Of a stretch of 64,000 bases of DNA, positions 49,643-58,166 are shown piece after piece; within the stretch, counting starts at the first letter, position 1; each line of letters begins with the position of its first letter. This stretch comes from an uncultured Bacteroidales bacterium (GTDB lineage: Bacteria; Bacteroidota; Bacteroidia; Bacteroidales; UBA932), in contig ONOH01000007.1 of assembly GCA_900319405.1 (NCBI GenBank), positions 865-64,864 on the forward strand, given 5' to 3'. Both the position numbers and the translations under genes were made by a program. Below the pieces are notes generated by a model that saw only the letters and a program-made list of their open reading frames with translations, was not told where the DNA came from and searched no databases.

Positions 49643-49674
49643 CCGGTATTCACCTAAACCTATGAATTGACGTT

Positions 49675-50373
49675 ATGCCCAGCAAGAGGAAAATCCAGAA
49701 AATGTTTGACGGGATTGCCCCGTCCTATGACCGGCTCAACCACCTGATGTCCCTGAACGTGGACCGCCTGTGGCGGCGCTGTGCCGTGAGGGAAATCGTG
49801 GACGGAACGGAGCAGCACATCCTGGATGTGGCCTGCGGAACCGGAGACAGCACCATCGCCATCGCCAAAGCCGCAGCACCCGGCTCCCGCATCATCGGGG
49901 CCGACATTTCCGAGGGAATGATGGCTCTGGTGATGGAAAAGGCCGCCCGCGAGGGCGTTCACGAGCGCATCCGCCTGGAGGTGGCCGACGGGGAAGACCT
50001 CCCCTTCCCGGAAGATTCCTTCCACCGGGTCACCTGCGCCTTCGGCATCCGGAATTTCGAGCATAAGGAACTGGGCCTGAAGGAGTTTCTCCGTGTCCTG
50101 AAGCCTTCCGGAAAAGCCGTGATCCTGGAATTGTCCGTTCCCCGGAACAAAGTGCTGAGGCGCCTGTACGACATTTATTTCCTGCGCGTTCTTCCCTGGG
50201 TGGGCGGAATCCTGTCCGGAGACAAAGCTGCATACAAGTATCTCCCGGCATCGGTCCACGCCTTCCCCGCGCCGGATGTTTTCTGCTCCATGATGCGGCG
50301 CGCCGGTTTCCGGGAGGTCCGCTGCAAATCCTTCACGCTGGGCCTTTGCCGCCTGTATGTGGGAGAGAAATAA
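49675..50373 (+). CDS. menG: Demethylmenaquinone methyltransferase (UbiE/MenG)
   Basis: MFD.IAP.YDRLN..MS, LDVACGTGD, AFGIRN and AY.YLP.SV motifs. Confidence 0.92.
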   Translation: MPSKRKIQKMFDGIAPSYDRLNHLMSLNVDRLWRRCAVREIVDGTEQHILDVACGTGDSTIAIAKAAAPGSRIIGADISEGMMALVMEKAAREGVHERIRLEVADGEDLPFPEDSFHRVTCAFGIRNFEHKELGLKEFLRVLKPSGKAVILELSVPRNKVLRRLYDIYFLRVLPWVGGILSGDKAAYKYLPASVHAFPAPDVFCSMMRRAGFREVRCKSFTLGLCRLYVGEK

Positions 50374-50418
50374 AAAATGAGTATATTTGCAAACCTTGAA
50401 TACTAAAACCAAACTGAT

Positions 50419-51909
50419 ATGTCCAATTATTTTTATGACATGCTCCCGAAGGAGGAATTCGAAAGAATACCTTACCTTCCCACAATGGGAGAATTTGTGA
50501 ACTGGTTCACCGCCGAGTATGCCGATATGCCGGCCCTGAGCGACCAGACCGACACCATCACTTACGCAGAACTGGGAAAGCGGGTGGCCCGCCGCCGCGC
50601 TTTTATCAACAGTCTCGGCCTCCCCAAGGGTGCCCACATCGCCATCCTGGACCGTAACAGCCGGGATGCCGTGGAACTTTTCCTCGCCGTTACCTCGGCC
50701 GGCTATGTGGCGATGCTCTTCCCGGCCTCCCTTCCGGAAATGGCCGTGGTGGGCTCCTGCATGAAATTTGACATCGCCGCCCTCTTCGTGCGGGAGGAAT
50801 TCAAGCCCCTCACCGCCAAACTCCAGGGCGTAAAGGTCCTCTCCACCGGGGAGATGGCCGATACGGAGGCCCCCGCCGCCGTCATCGACCCCGAAAGCCC
50901 GGCCGCCATCTTTTTCACCGGCGGCACCACCGGCCAGCCTAAGGGTGCCGTCCTGAGCCACCGCGCCCTGATGCGGGGCAATTACAACGCCATTTTCAAG
51001 CCCGGCAAGGTGATCGGCGTGCACCGTTACATCGGCCTGCTGCCCCTGAGCCACGTGTTTGGCTTGATTGCCGGCACGATGGGCTGCCTCTACACCGGCA
51101 ACCTTTGGTATGCCTGCGAGGATATGAAGGCCACCGTGGGCAAACTTCCTGTGCTGAAACCCACCATCCTGGTCATCGTCCCCGGCATCTGCGACATTCT
51201 TGCCGGCCTGGTGAAGATGTACGGTCCCCAGTTCCTGGGCGGCGGTCTGCGGATGATCATCTCCGGTGCCGCTAATGTGCCCCCGCGCCTGGTGGAAACC
51301 TTCTCCAAGCTGGGCGTGGAGTTCTGCTTCGGTTATGGACTGACGGAAACCGCCAACCTCACCAGCGCCAATGCCGACGCCGTCGAAAAGCCCACCTCCA
51401 TCGGCCGGATTTATCCCGGACAGGAGACCAAACTGGTGGACGGAGAGCTGTGGGTCAAGGGCGACAACCTCTTCTCCGGCTATTACAAGGACCCCGAGCG
51501 CACCGCCGAGGCCCTCACCGAAGACGGCTGGCTCCGCACCGGAGACCTCTGCCACTTTGACGAGGAAGGCTTCCTGTACATCAACGGGCGCATCAAGAAC
51601 CTCATCATCCTCTCCAACGGAGAGAACGTGAGCCCCGAGAGCCTGGAGGAGCCCTTCTATGCCGATCCTTGCGTGAGGGACGCGATGGTCAAGGAGGACG
51701 ATCTCAACGGCAACAGCGTGATTGCCATCGAGATTCTCCCGCTGATGCCTGCCTTCGACGGCAAGCCCTGGGAAGAGGTGGAGGCCTATATGAAGGCCCT
51801 GGTGGACAAGGTCAACGCCACCCTGCCCAGCACCCATCAGATTCGTAAAGTCACCGTGCGCACGGAGGATTTCAAGCGCACCGGCAGCATGAAGGTTTCC
51901 CGCGTATGA
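50419..51909 (+). CDS. AMP-binding (ANL superfamily) fatty acid ligase
   Basis: FTGGTTGQPKG, LPLSH, GYGLTET, RTGD and GRIKNLIILSNGENV motifs; TATATTTG box at 50382. Confidence 0.88.
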   Translation: MSNYFYDMLPKEEFERIPYLPTMGEFVNWFTAEYADMPALSDQTDTITYAELGKRVARRRAFINSLGLPKGAHIAILDRNSRDAVELFLAVTSAGYVAMLFPASLPEMAVVGSCMKFDIAALFVREEFKPLTAKLQGVKVLSTGEMADTEAPAAVIDPESPAAIFFTGGTTGQPKGAVLSHRALMRGNYNAIFKPGKVIGVHRYIGLLPLSHVFGLIAGTMGCLYTGNLWYACEDMKATVGKLPVLKPTILVIVPGICDILAGLVKMYGPQFLGGGLRMIISGAANVPPRLVETFSKLGVEFCFGYGLTETANLTSANADAVEKPTSIGRIYPGQETKLVDGELWVKGDNLFSGYYKDPERTAEALTEDGWLRTGDLCHFDEEGFLYINGRIKNLIILSNGENVSPESLEEPFYADPCVRDAMVKEDDLNGNSVIAIEILPLMPAFDGKPWEEVEAYMKALVDKVNATLPSTHQIRKVTVRTEDFKRTGSMKVSRV

Positions 51910-52145
51910 CCCGTGAAGAAGTCTTTGCCGGCCTCAAGGAGGTGATCGGCATCATTCGTCCCCAGACGGACATCTCCCGGGTGAACTTCGAAACGGAACT
52001 GGTGCGGGAACTGGCCATCGACTCCCTGTCGATGATGCTCCTGGCCCTGGCCGTGGAAGAGAAGTTCCAGATGCGCTTCGACCCTGCGGCCCCCATGCCC
52101 ACCACCGTGGGAGAAGTCTGCGACACGGTCCTCAACGCCCGGTAA
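51906..52145 (+). CDS. Acyl carrier protein
   Basis: 79 aa, acidic, with L.IDSL phosphopantetheine site, EE.F and TVGE. Confidence 0.85.
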   Translation: MTREEVFAGLKEVIGIIRPQTDISRVNFETELVRELAIDSLSMMLLALAVEEKFQMRFDPAAPMPTTVGEVCDTVLNAR

Positions 52146-52190
52146 ACAGCCGGCAGCCGCCTGCCGCCGGGGAGAATGTAAGGAATTGGA

Positions 52191-53081
52191 ATGACGTGGA
52201 CCAAACCCTGGAACAGTAAGGAAGGCTTTCTCATCGGAGGAGGTCTTCTTCTTGTGGGGCTGCTCCTTCAGCTGGTCGCCGGTCCCATTGACTGGAGCCT
52301 TCTGGCCCGGCCGGTGAACCTGATCCTGCTGGTTCTCTTTCTGGCGGTCGTCGGCGGGATGTATTCCCTTCGAAACAGGGTTTACGCTTTCGAATGGATG
52401 ATGCACGCGGGTGCCGCGGTACCCTGCCTCACGTATGCCGCGGCGCTGACCATCCTGATGGGCCTGTTTCCGCAGCTGCACTCCGGCGGCGTGCCCTGGC
52501 TCAGCCGGATGCTGCACTTCTGGCCGTTCGTGCTCATCTGGGCCTGGCTGGTGGAGATTTCGGCCCTGGCGGCGTTGAACCACCTGCTGCGCTGGAAACT
52601 TCGTGAGATTCCTTTCATACTGAACCATGCCGGCGTAGCGCTTGCCGTAACGGCCGCCACGCTGGGAAATGCCGATGTGCAGACCCTTCGGATGACGGTC
52701 TTTGCCGGGCAGGCCGGGTGGCGGGCGCTGGACGAGGCGGGCATGACGGTGGAAGCGGGCGTCGGCATCGAGCTCCACCGCTTCATCATGGAGGAGTATC
52801 CGGACCATACGCCCAGGCGTTTCGCCTCGGATGTGACCGTTCATACGAAGGAAGGGAAGCGTGTCACGGGAACGGTGGAAGTGAACCGGCCGATGAGGGC
52901 GGACGGCTGGAAAATCTACCAGTACGGATACGATGTGACGCGGGGACCGGAAAGCGACTGTAGCGAGTTCCTGCTGGTGCGGGATCCGTGGCTCCCCTGG
53001 GTCTATGCCGGCATTTTCATGATGCTCGCAGGCTCCCTTTGCCTGATGCTTTTGATGGCCCCTAAACCGCTGAAGACATGA
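52191..53081 (+). CDS. System II cytochrome c biogenesis protein (ResB/Ccs1-like)
   Basis: TM helices, F.LNH.G, VN.P...GWKIYQ..YD and DPWLP.VY.G motifs; overlaps ccsA. Confidence 0.75.
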   Translation: MTWTKPWNSKEGFLIGGGLLLVGLLLQLVAGPIDWSLLARPVNLILLVLFLAVVGGMYSLRNRVYAFEWMMHAGAAVPCLTYAAALTILMGLFPQLHSGGVPWLSRMLHFWPFVLIWAWLVEISALAALNHLLRWKLREIPFILNHAGVALAVTAATLGNADVQTLRMTVFAGQAGWRALDEAGMTVEAGVGIELHRFIMEEYPDHTPRRFASDVTVHTKEGKRVTGTVEVNRPMRADGWKIYQYGYDVTRGPESDCSEFLLVRDPWLPWVYAGIFMMLAGSLCLMLLMAPKPLKT

Positions 53082-53854
53082 GTTGGGATTCTTTTGTGTG
53101 GTTTGCACTCGGAGCCGTACTCCTGTGGGGCGCAGGCGCTTTTTTTGCCTGGAAGGATCGCAAGGCAGGGGTCTATGCCTGCACCCTCGTCGGCCTTGCC
53201 GTTTTCTTTTCCTTTATCCTGGGTCTGTGGATTTCTTTGGAGCGTCCTCCGCTGCAAACCCTGGGAGAGACGCGTCTGTGGTACTCTTTCTTCCTGCCCC
53301 TTGCCGGTGTCATCGTCTACGGCCGCTGGCGTTACAAATGGATCCTGAGTTTCAGCACGCTGCTTTCCCTGGTATTCATCTGCGTGAACCTGTTCAAGCC
53401 GGGCATTCATTCCAAAAGCCTGATGCCGGCGCTGCAAAGCCCCTGGTTTGTCCCGCACGTGATCGTGTATATGTTCTCCTATGCCCTGTTGGGTGCAGCC
53501 ACGCTGATGGCGGTATATATGCTCATCAGGAAAGACAGGACGACGGAACAGGAAATCAGTCTGACCGACAACCTGGTGTATGTAGGCCTCGCCTTTCTCA
53601 GTTTCGGCATGCTGTTCGGCGCACTATGGGCCAAGGTAGCATGGGGCGCCTACTGGAGCTGGGACCCCAAGGAAACCTGGGCTGCGGCCTCCTGGCTCTG
53701 CTATCTGCTGTACCTGCACTGGCGCAAGGCCCGGCCCGGCAAGTGGAAGGGGGCCTGCGTCATCCTGCTTTTGAGTTTCGTCTGCCTGCAGATCTGCTGG
53801 TGGGGCATCAACTTTCTTCCCTCGGCCCGGGGACTGTCCGTCCACACGTATTAA
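53078..53854 (+). CDS. ccsA: Cytochrome c biogenesis protein CcsA
   Basis: PALQSPW..PHV and WA..AWG.YWSWDPKETW (WWD domain) motifs; C-terminal H.Y. Confidence 0.9.
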   Translation: MSWDSFVWFALGAVLLWGAGAFFAWKDRKAGVYACTLVGLAVFFSFILGLWISLERPPLQTLGETRLWYSFFLPLAGVIVYGRWRYKWILSFSTLLSLVFICVNLFKPGIHSKSLMPALQSPWFVPHVIVYMFSYALLGAATLMAVYMLIRKDRTTEQEISLTDNLVYVGLAFLSFGMLFGALWAKVAWGAYWSWDPKETWAAASWLCYLLYLHWRKARPGKWKGACVILLLSFVCLQICWWGINFLPSARGLSVHTY

Positions 53855-54978
53855 ATGTCCATCACGTAGCTTCTGCGGCGCTGGTAGGGCTTGGGGTCGT
53901 AGGGGCCGAAAAGGGTCTGCACCTTGTGGTTTTCTTCCAGCTGGGGGTTCAGCAGCAAACGCTTGATTCCCAGGCGGATGTAATTCTCGTGGAGGTATTT
54001 GAACATCAGGAGGGCGGCACCCTTGGCCTGGTATTCCGGCAGGACGCCGATCAGAAGGCCCTCGGCGATGGGATTGCGTCTGGGATTCAAGAGGGGGAGG
54101 ATATGCATCCAGCCGAAAGGGAAGATGCGGCCCTTGGCCTTGCGGACCCCCTTGGAGATGTGCGGCATGGTGACGGTGAAGGCTACCAGCTCGTCCTCGT
54201 CGTTGACCACGAAGGCCACCATATCCTTGTTCATCACCGGGACATACTGTTTTACATAGCCGTCAATCTGCTCCTCACTCAGTTTGGTATATTCGTACAG
54301 GGGGGCGAAGGCTTCGTTCAGCACGTGGAACATCTCCCGCCCGCGACGGGCCATCTGCCGGATGTTTCCGGCGCGGAAGATATGCACGCCGAAGCGGCTT
54401 TCCACCGTGGAGGCCAGCTGCATCATGGGCGGAAGCTCCTCGGTGAATTCAATATAGCGCTGGGTCCAGTCCACATCCTTGACAAAACCCATCCTTTCCA
54501 GGAACTCCGGGTAATAGGGGTAGTTGTAGATGACGGTGAAGGGGCTCTCGTTCTCGAAACCATCCACCAGCAGGCCTTCGCGGTCCATGTCGGTGAAACC
54601 CAGGGGCCCTTTCACCTTGGTGCAGCCGCGCTCCCTGCCCCAGGCCACGGCCCGGTCGATGAGGGCCTTGGCCACCCCGTAGTCTTCGATGACATCGAAC
54701 CAGCCGAAGCGTACCGACTTCTCTCCCCACTTTTCATTGGCCTTCCGGTTGAGGATGGCAGCCACGCGGCCGGCCACTTTCCCGTCTTTGTAGGCCAGGA
54801 ACAGTTCCCGCTCGCAGAAAGAGAGGGAGGGGTTTCCGCTCCCCAGGGATTTGTATTCGTCGTCCTCGAAGGCGGGGACCCATTTGTCACAGTCCTTGTA
54901 CAGGCCGATGGGAAAATCGATGAAGGCCTTGAGCATTTTCTTCCCCTCTACGGGTACGATGCGGATTTCGGAAGGCAT
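53851..54978 (-). CDS. GNAT-fold N-acyltransferase (YghO-like)
   Basis: FI.FP..LY, GRVAAI.N, RFGWFD, GPLGFTDMD.EG, YN.PYY and GVLPEYQ.KG motifs. Confidence 0.8.
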   Translation of the reverse strand: MPSEIRIVPVEGKKMLKAFIDFPIGLYKDCDKWVPAFEDDEYKSLGSGNPSLSFCERELFLAYKDGKVAGRVAAILNRKANEKWGEKSVRFGWFDVIEDYGVAKALIDRAVAWGRERGCTKVKGPLGFTDMDREGLLVDGFENESPFTVIYNYPYYPEFLERMGFVKDVDWTQRYIEFTEELPPMMQLASTVESRFGVHIFRAGNIRQMARRGREMFHVLNEAFAPLYEYTKLSEEQIDGYVKQYVPVMNKDMVAFVVNDEDELVAFTVTMPHISKGVRKAKGRIFPFGWMHILPLLNPRRNPIAEGLLIGVLPEYQAKGAALLMFKYLHENYIRLGIKRLLLNPQLEENHKVQTLFGPYDPKPYQRRRSYVMDI

Positions 54979-55050
54979 AGGTGTCGGTTTTAGTCAAAAT
55001 GCCCGCAAATGTAGTCATTTTTTCTTATCTTTGCCAATTATTGACTTGAT

Positions 55051-58000
55051 ATGGAAAAGAAGCTATTCAACAAGTGGAACAGAATCGTTGGTCTTGTCGT
55101 TCTGGCTATTGCGTCGGCCACCTATCTTTCCACCATAGAGCCCACGGCGTCTTTCTGGGATTGCGGGGAATTCATCGCATCGTCGTATAAACTGGAGGTG
55201 GGACACCCGCCGGGAAACCCCGTTTTCCAGCTGCTGGCCCGCTTTTTCACCATTCCGGTGAGTCCGGAGCATGCGGCCGTGGCCGTCAATGCGATGAATG
55301 CCATCCTGAGCGCCCTCACGGTTTTCATCCTGTACCTGACCATCGTCTTCTTCGCCAAAAGGGTGGCGGGGGAGGAACGGATGACATCGGCCCGGGCCAT
55401 CGCGATCTTCGCCTCCGGTGCGGTGGGCGCCCTCGCGTACTGCTTCTCCGACACCTTCTGGTTCAGCGCCGTGGAAGGGGAGGTGTACGCGATGTCCTCG
55501 CTCTTTACGGCCCTCGTCTTCTGGGCGATGTGCAAGTGGTACGAACAGGCCGACCAGCCCCACGCCAACCGCTGGATTGTGCTCATCGCTTTCCTGATGG
55601 GCCTGAGCATCGGCGTTCACCTGCTGAATCTGCTCACCATCCCGGCCTTCGTCTTTATGTACTACTATCGGATGAACGAAGGCAAGGACCTGCCTTTCAA
55701 GCGGCTGGCGGGCATTTTTGCCATCGGCGTGGTGATTGAGTTCCTGCTGGTGTACCTGTTCATTCCCTACCTTCCCAAGCTGGCGGCCTTCTTCGACCGT
55801 CTGTTCGTGAACGGGCTGGGTCTTCCGTACAACAGCGGCGCCCTGTTCTTCCTGGTGGCCCTGCTGGGCTTGTGCTTCTGGTCGCTTTTCGCTACGCTCC
55901 GGAAGGGCAAGGTGTTCTGGAATACGGTGATGCTCTGCGTCACCACCCTGGTCATCGGCTTCTCGCTCTTTTCCATCGTGATTATCCGTTCCAGCGTAAA
56001 GCCGCCCACCAACGAATATCAGCCCGACAACGCCTATACCCTGGTGCGCTACCTCAGCCGGGAGCAGTACGGCTCCACGCCGCTGCTTTACGGCCAGTAT
56101 TACGACGCACCCTACGACCTCAAGCAAGGCAAATACTGGGCTCCCCTGAACGGGAAATACATCCACGCCGATGCTCCGACCGATGCCGATTATCTCCCGG
56201 AGGGAAAGATGCTTTTCCCCCGCATGTGGTCCGGGGCGGACCCCCGCTACGTGGACTTCTACGAGCAGTACACCAAGGGCAAGGGCACCCGCGTGAAGGG
56301 CGCCAGGCACCGTAAACCCAGTTTCGGTGCCAATTTGGCCTATTTCTTCGACTACCAGCTCAACTGGATGTACTGGCGCTACTTTATGTGGAATTTCGTG
56401 GGCCGCCAGAACGATGTGCACAGCCCGCTCCCGGGTAATATCTTCTACGGGAACTGGGAGAGCGGCATCGCCTTCCTGGACCAGCTCCGGCTGGGAGACC
56501 AGTCCGACGCCCCGGAGCCGCTGCGCGGAAACAAGGGCAAGAACCACTACTACTTCCTGCCGCTGCTGCTGGGCCTTCTGGGCCTGGTGTTCCAATTCGA
56601 CAGGGATAAGCGGGGCAGCTGGATCGTGTTCCTGATGTTTTTTATGACGGGCATCGCCATCGTGATGTACCTGAACCAGCCGCCGTACCAGGTGCGGGAA
56701 AGGGACTATGCCTATGCGGGATCTTTTTACATGTTCGGCATCTGGATCGGCCTGGGGGTGCTGGCCCTGTACCAGTGGTTGTCGGAGAGCTTGAAAAAAC
56801 TGCCTCCGGTGACCCTGTCTTCCGGGGTTTCCGTCCTTTGCCTGGCTGTTCCGGCCCTGATGGCCGCCCAGAACTGGGACGACCACGACCGATCGCACCG
56901 CTACACCGCTCCGGAGATGGCTTACAACTATCTCAATTCGGTGGGTAAGAACGGCTTTCTGATCACCCACGGGGACAACGACACCTTCCCGCTGTGGTAT
57001 GCGCAGGAGATCGAATCGGTCCGCACCGACGTGCGCGTGGTGAACACCTCGCTCCTGGGGACCGACTGGTATATCGACCAGATGAAATGGGCCTGCAACG
57101 AAAGCAAGCCGCTGAACCTTACCGTCCCGGCTTCGCAGTACCTGTACGGCACTAACGAGTTCGTGTACATCGCCTATGACGACGGTTCGCCGATGTTCCT
57201 TTCGGACGTAATGAACGTGTTCAAGGATCCCAAAATGAAAGTGGCCCTGGAAGGCGGCCAGAAGTTGGATTTCATCTGCGCCCGCAACCTGGTGATTCCT
57301 GTGAACAAGGAAAACTGCCTCAAATACGGCATCGTCCCCGAGCAGTTTGCCGACCAGATTCCGGACCAGATCGTGCTTCAGATGTCCAAGGACAAGAACT
57401 ATGTTTCCAAGCCGGAACTCTTCCTGCTGGACCTGTTGTCGGGCTACGAATGGGACCGTCCGCTCCATCTGCTCAATATGGGCGGAGACCTCAACGTGGG
57501 CATCAAGGATTACCTGATGTTCGACGGCTTTTCCTACCGCTTCACGCCCATCCGCAACAAGATTTCTTCCACGGATGCCGGCAAGGTGGTGGACGCCCTG
57601 GCCCTGTACGAGGACTTCAAGACCAAATACAAGTGGGATGCCCTCAGCCGGACAGACTATTACGTGGACTACCAGAACATGTACACCTTCCTGGGCGTGC
57701 TCTCGCAGCGGCAGCTGTTCCTCACGGTGTCCAACGCCCTCATCGACATCGATGAAAAAGAAAAGGCCCTGGAGATGCTGGATTTGTGCCAGGAGCATTT
57801 CCCGGAGCAGAACTACCCGCTGGAAAGCATCCCGCTGGGCTTCAGCTCCAACGACTATATGGTGGCGCAGATGATAGAGAATTACTACTATCTGGGCTCT
57901 TTTGAAAAGGCCCGCGACCTGGCCTCCCGCTTTGCCGACCAGCTGCTGGACAGCATCTCCTTCTATATGCAGTGGGGGTCGTTGGGATCGGCCGAGTTCG

Positions 58001-58164
58001 AGACCGCCAGCCGCGTGTTCCTCTATGTCTCGGATGTGTGCAAGCAGTATGGAGACAATGAACTGTCGGAAGCGATGACCGATACGCTGGAAGATCTCCT
58101 GCACACGGTCTCGGGCGGCGCCTATTCCCTGGAAAAAGAAGACACACTAACTATAACCGATTGA
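55051..58164 (+). CDS. DUF2723 multi-pass membrane glycosyltransferase-like protein
   Basis: SFWDCGEFI, VGHPPG.P, FWFSAVEGEVY, RERDY.Y and GDNDTFPLWY motifs. Confidence 0.85.
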   Translation: MEKKLFNKWNRIVGLVVLAIASATYLSTIEPTASFWDCGEFIASSYKLEVGHPPGNPVFQLLARFFTIPVSPEHAAVAVNAMNAILSALTVFILYLTIVFFAKRVAGEERMTSARAIAIFASGAVGALAYCFSDTFWFSAVEGEVYAMSSLFTALVFWAMCKWYEQADQPHANRWIVLIAFLMGLSIGVHLLNLLTIPAFVFMYYYRMNEGKDLPFKRLAGIFAIGVVIEFLLVYLFIPYLPKLAAFFDRLFVNGLGLPYNSGALFFLVALLGLCFWSLFATLRKGKVFWNTVMLCVTTLVIGFSLFSIVIIRSSVKPPTNEYQPDNAYTLVRYLSREQYGSTPLLYGQYYDAPYDLKQGKYWAPLNGKYIHADAPTDADYLPEGKMLFPRMWSGADPRYVDFYEQYTKGKGTRVKGARHRKPSFGANLAYFFDYQLNWMYWRYFMWNFVGRQNDVHSPLPGNIFYGNWESGIAFLDQLRLGDQSDAPEPLRGNKGKNHYYFLPLLLGLLGLVFQFDRDKRGSWIVFLMFFMTGIAIVMYLNQPPYQVRERDYAYAGSFYMFGIWIGLGVLALYQWLSESLKKLPPVTLSSGVSVLCLAVPALMAAQNWDDHDRSHRYTAPEMAYNYLNSVGKNGFLITHGDNDTFPLWYAQEIESVRTDVRVVNTSLLGTDWYIDQMKWACNESKPLNLTVPASQYLYGTNEFVYIAYDDGSPMFLSDVMNVFKDPKMKVALEGGQKLDFICARNLVIPVNKENCLKYGIVPEQFADQIPDQIVLQMSKDKNYVSKPELFLLDLLSGYEWDRPLHLLNMGGDLNVGIKDYLMFDGFSYRFTPIRNKISSTDAGKVVDALALYEDFKTKYKWDALSRTDYYVDYQNMYTFLGVLSQRQLFLTVSNALIDIDEKEKALEMLDLCQEHFPEQNYPLESIPLGFSSNDYMVAQMIENYYYLGSFEKARDLASRFADQLLDSISFYMQWGSLGSAEFETASRVFLYVSDVCKQYGDNELSEAMTDTLEDLLHTVSGGAYSLEKEDTLTITD

Positions 58165-58166
58165 AT

